NCBI GenBank assembly: GCA_973895155.1
Contig: OZ316892.1
Coordinates: 23,817,971 to 23,881,970 of the forward strand
Reading direction: 5' to 3'
Origin: Marsupella aquatica
Taxonomy: Eukaryota; Plantae; Marchantiophyta
Length of the DNA stretch: 64,000 bases
How positions within the stretch are numbered: the stretch's first letter is position 1; each line of letters begins with the position of its first letter. This document shows, in pieces, positions 62,063 through 64,000 of the stretch. The notes under the pieces were generated by a model. The model searched no databases. It saw nothing but the letters and a program-made list of their open reading frames with translations, and was not told the origin of the DNA. A program made the translations under genes and the position numbers.

Positions 62063-64000
62063 AATGGATCCTACCGGAACTTCAAAGCGGAAAAGAGACT
62101 CGTCTAAAGCTGCTTCTCGTAAGAAAACCAAGACAAAAATGACTCCCACGGAGACATCCATACTTGCATATCGAGGAAAGTCAATCAGAGAGAGAACAAC
62201 GGAGACAAAGAGTATCCATCTCTTCGAATCGACTGAGATATCCAATTTTGGAATAGTCATTCGCAATGGGGCTGTCCGTCTTGTGGTGGCAAGAAATGAT
62301 AAAGCTACAGTTTTGGAGAGATCAAAAATTCTTGGGTGTTTCTTTGAGAAGAACATGAAAGTTAAAAAGTGTACAGAGGGATTGGTTTTGCTAGTCAGCG
62401 ACAACCAGAAGGAAGACAAAATAAGCATTTGTTTGGATCGAACGCAATATGTAACCTTCAATCAGCCCAGAATCGATGATCTACTAGGTGCAAGGCACGC
62501 CTTGGAAAAGGTTACTAGTGTGGATATCCTTCCGATCTAGAGGGATCAACGGGAGATTTGATTTGTCAATACATTATTGACGTACTTGAGTTCCAGAGAG
62601 TTCCTTTCAACCAGGGATTTTTCTTGGGAAAGGCCCCGCTAGTGAGCAAGGTTGAAGTATACTCGGTGGAGAATCTTCCGAAATTAATTACCTCAGCGAA
62701 TGTCGGGGCTCTGTTTGATTCTTTCCTCAAAGAATATAGTGCTGTGAATATATTTAACAGCAAGTCATTTTTTGTTGAGACATCACGTTGTCATCTTGCA
62801 CCGGACCACATCAAGTGCCGAGAGTGGAATCAGGATTACACAGATAGGCTAAAGAATTCACTCCTCTCTCATTCGGCTATAAAGTTTGAGAAGCGATGCT
62901 GCTTTTTAGTCCCTGTGAAGTGGGTTCAGTCGGAGGCCGACAGAGATCCTGACTACAATGGGGCGCCCTACGATTCATCGCCAAAGGAGGAGGACATTAT
63001 GACCAGTCATTTCTGGATACTCGAAGGCCAGCACACAATAATGGCATACAAATTGCTGAGAGAGGACGACAAAGTCAGCCAAGTTGTACGAGACGCTTGC
63101 GGTACTGTAGAAGCTGTAATGTTTTGGGCAACGCTCAACAACGACAATAATGTTCATTTGATGGGATTATCGAAAGCTCTGAACCACTGTCATCAAACAT
63201 CAATGGAAGAAGGATAGTTTCTCACCATTGTACGACAGTGTCGTAATATCTAGAACTCATTTGGGCGGCCTGGATCACATTATCGTCATCCAAATTGGAA
63301 GGTATATAAATAACCCTCTTTGATCACATTATCGTTTAAACTGTTGTCACGCGAACGGTCACGTCAAGCTTAAAATTGTCATGTTTCCATTGTTTTTCAG
63401 GTATTTATGAGAGCTACGAGTTTTGTTTGCCCATGGGCTCAAATGGGGAAGAACAAAATGATGAAATTTGGAGAATTGGCTCCATTTCTCTTTACAATGG
63501 AGGACGAAACATTCAAGAAGTGGATGGAGGTCTACGAACTATCAAGGACAGGAGAGCTTGTAATTTACAACAGAATTTTACAGAGGGACGCCGTCAAAAT
63601 TGCGGATAATCCATGTGCTTATCATCTTCTGAAGAAGACGTTCCATTCTTGTCAAGGGTGCTCAGACTCGGTTCTTTGAAAGGCAATGGAATATATGTTG
63701 AGCGAAAGACTGTCTATACTCAAAAACCGAAGCATCAAAGTGAAATCTGGGAAGGCGAGGAAGTCCTCTGAGGCTCCAGTGTTGTCAACGACCAGCATGA
63801 GTTTGGAGCAATTATGTATAAAGAAGAAGACAAAAGTTGAGTTTGAGATTTTATTATTGAGTAAACTCAACGGGGATACATCCACCCGGACGGAGCTGAA
63901 AAGTCTGACAGATTCAGCGCAAAAATTGCGGGTCAACAAAATGATTGATCGCTTTAAGCTCGACAAGATGGTGCTGAAGCAGTTGAGAGATGCGTTGAGT
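62063..64000 (+). pseudogene. Large degenerate gene with ParB/Srx-like domain, runs off the window
   Basis: CREWNQDYTDRLKNSL ... FWILEGQHTIMAYKLL ... LSKALN resembles ParB-N/DGQHR-type motifs; intron 63302-63400 (AAG|GTATAT...TTTTCAG|); in-frame stops present. Confidence 0.55.

Overview
Eukaryotic land-plant DNA (GT-AG introns, TTTAGGG-like motifs, plant LTR retroelements; lineage not determinable from sequence alone). Host genes: an intronless CAX-type Ca2+/H+ exchanger (2349-3944), a small secreted S-protein-homolog (SPH)-like gene (11430-11894, minus), and two paralogous receptor-like-kinase-family genes in a ~7.5 kb tandem duplication. One paralog is a kinase-pseudokinase tandem; the other lacks kinase 2 and has an expanded linker repeat. 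The rest is nested mobile DNA: Athila-like gypsy fragments, a CACTA end, a Copia element, and a MITE family with 15-bp TIRs and 8-bp TSDs. The right ~12.7 kb is the most unusual part. It begins with that MITE's left terminus and holds a degenerate Sola1-like DDD transposase, an array of an 18-bp palindrome (GACGCGAC-CA-GTCGCGTC), and a divergently oriented, apparently multi-exon gene with three F-box-like modules and a ParB/Srx-like domain. Also notable is a long inverted repeat homologous to the SPH promoter. All calls are by-eye motif recognition; no searches were run.
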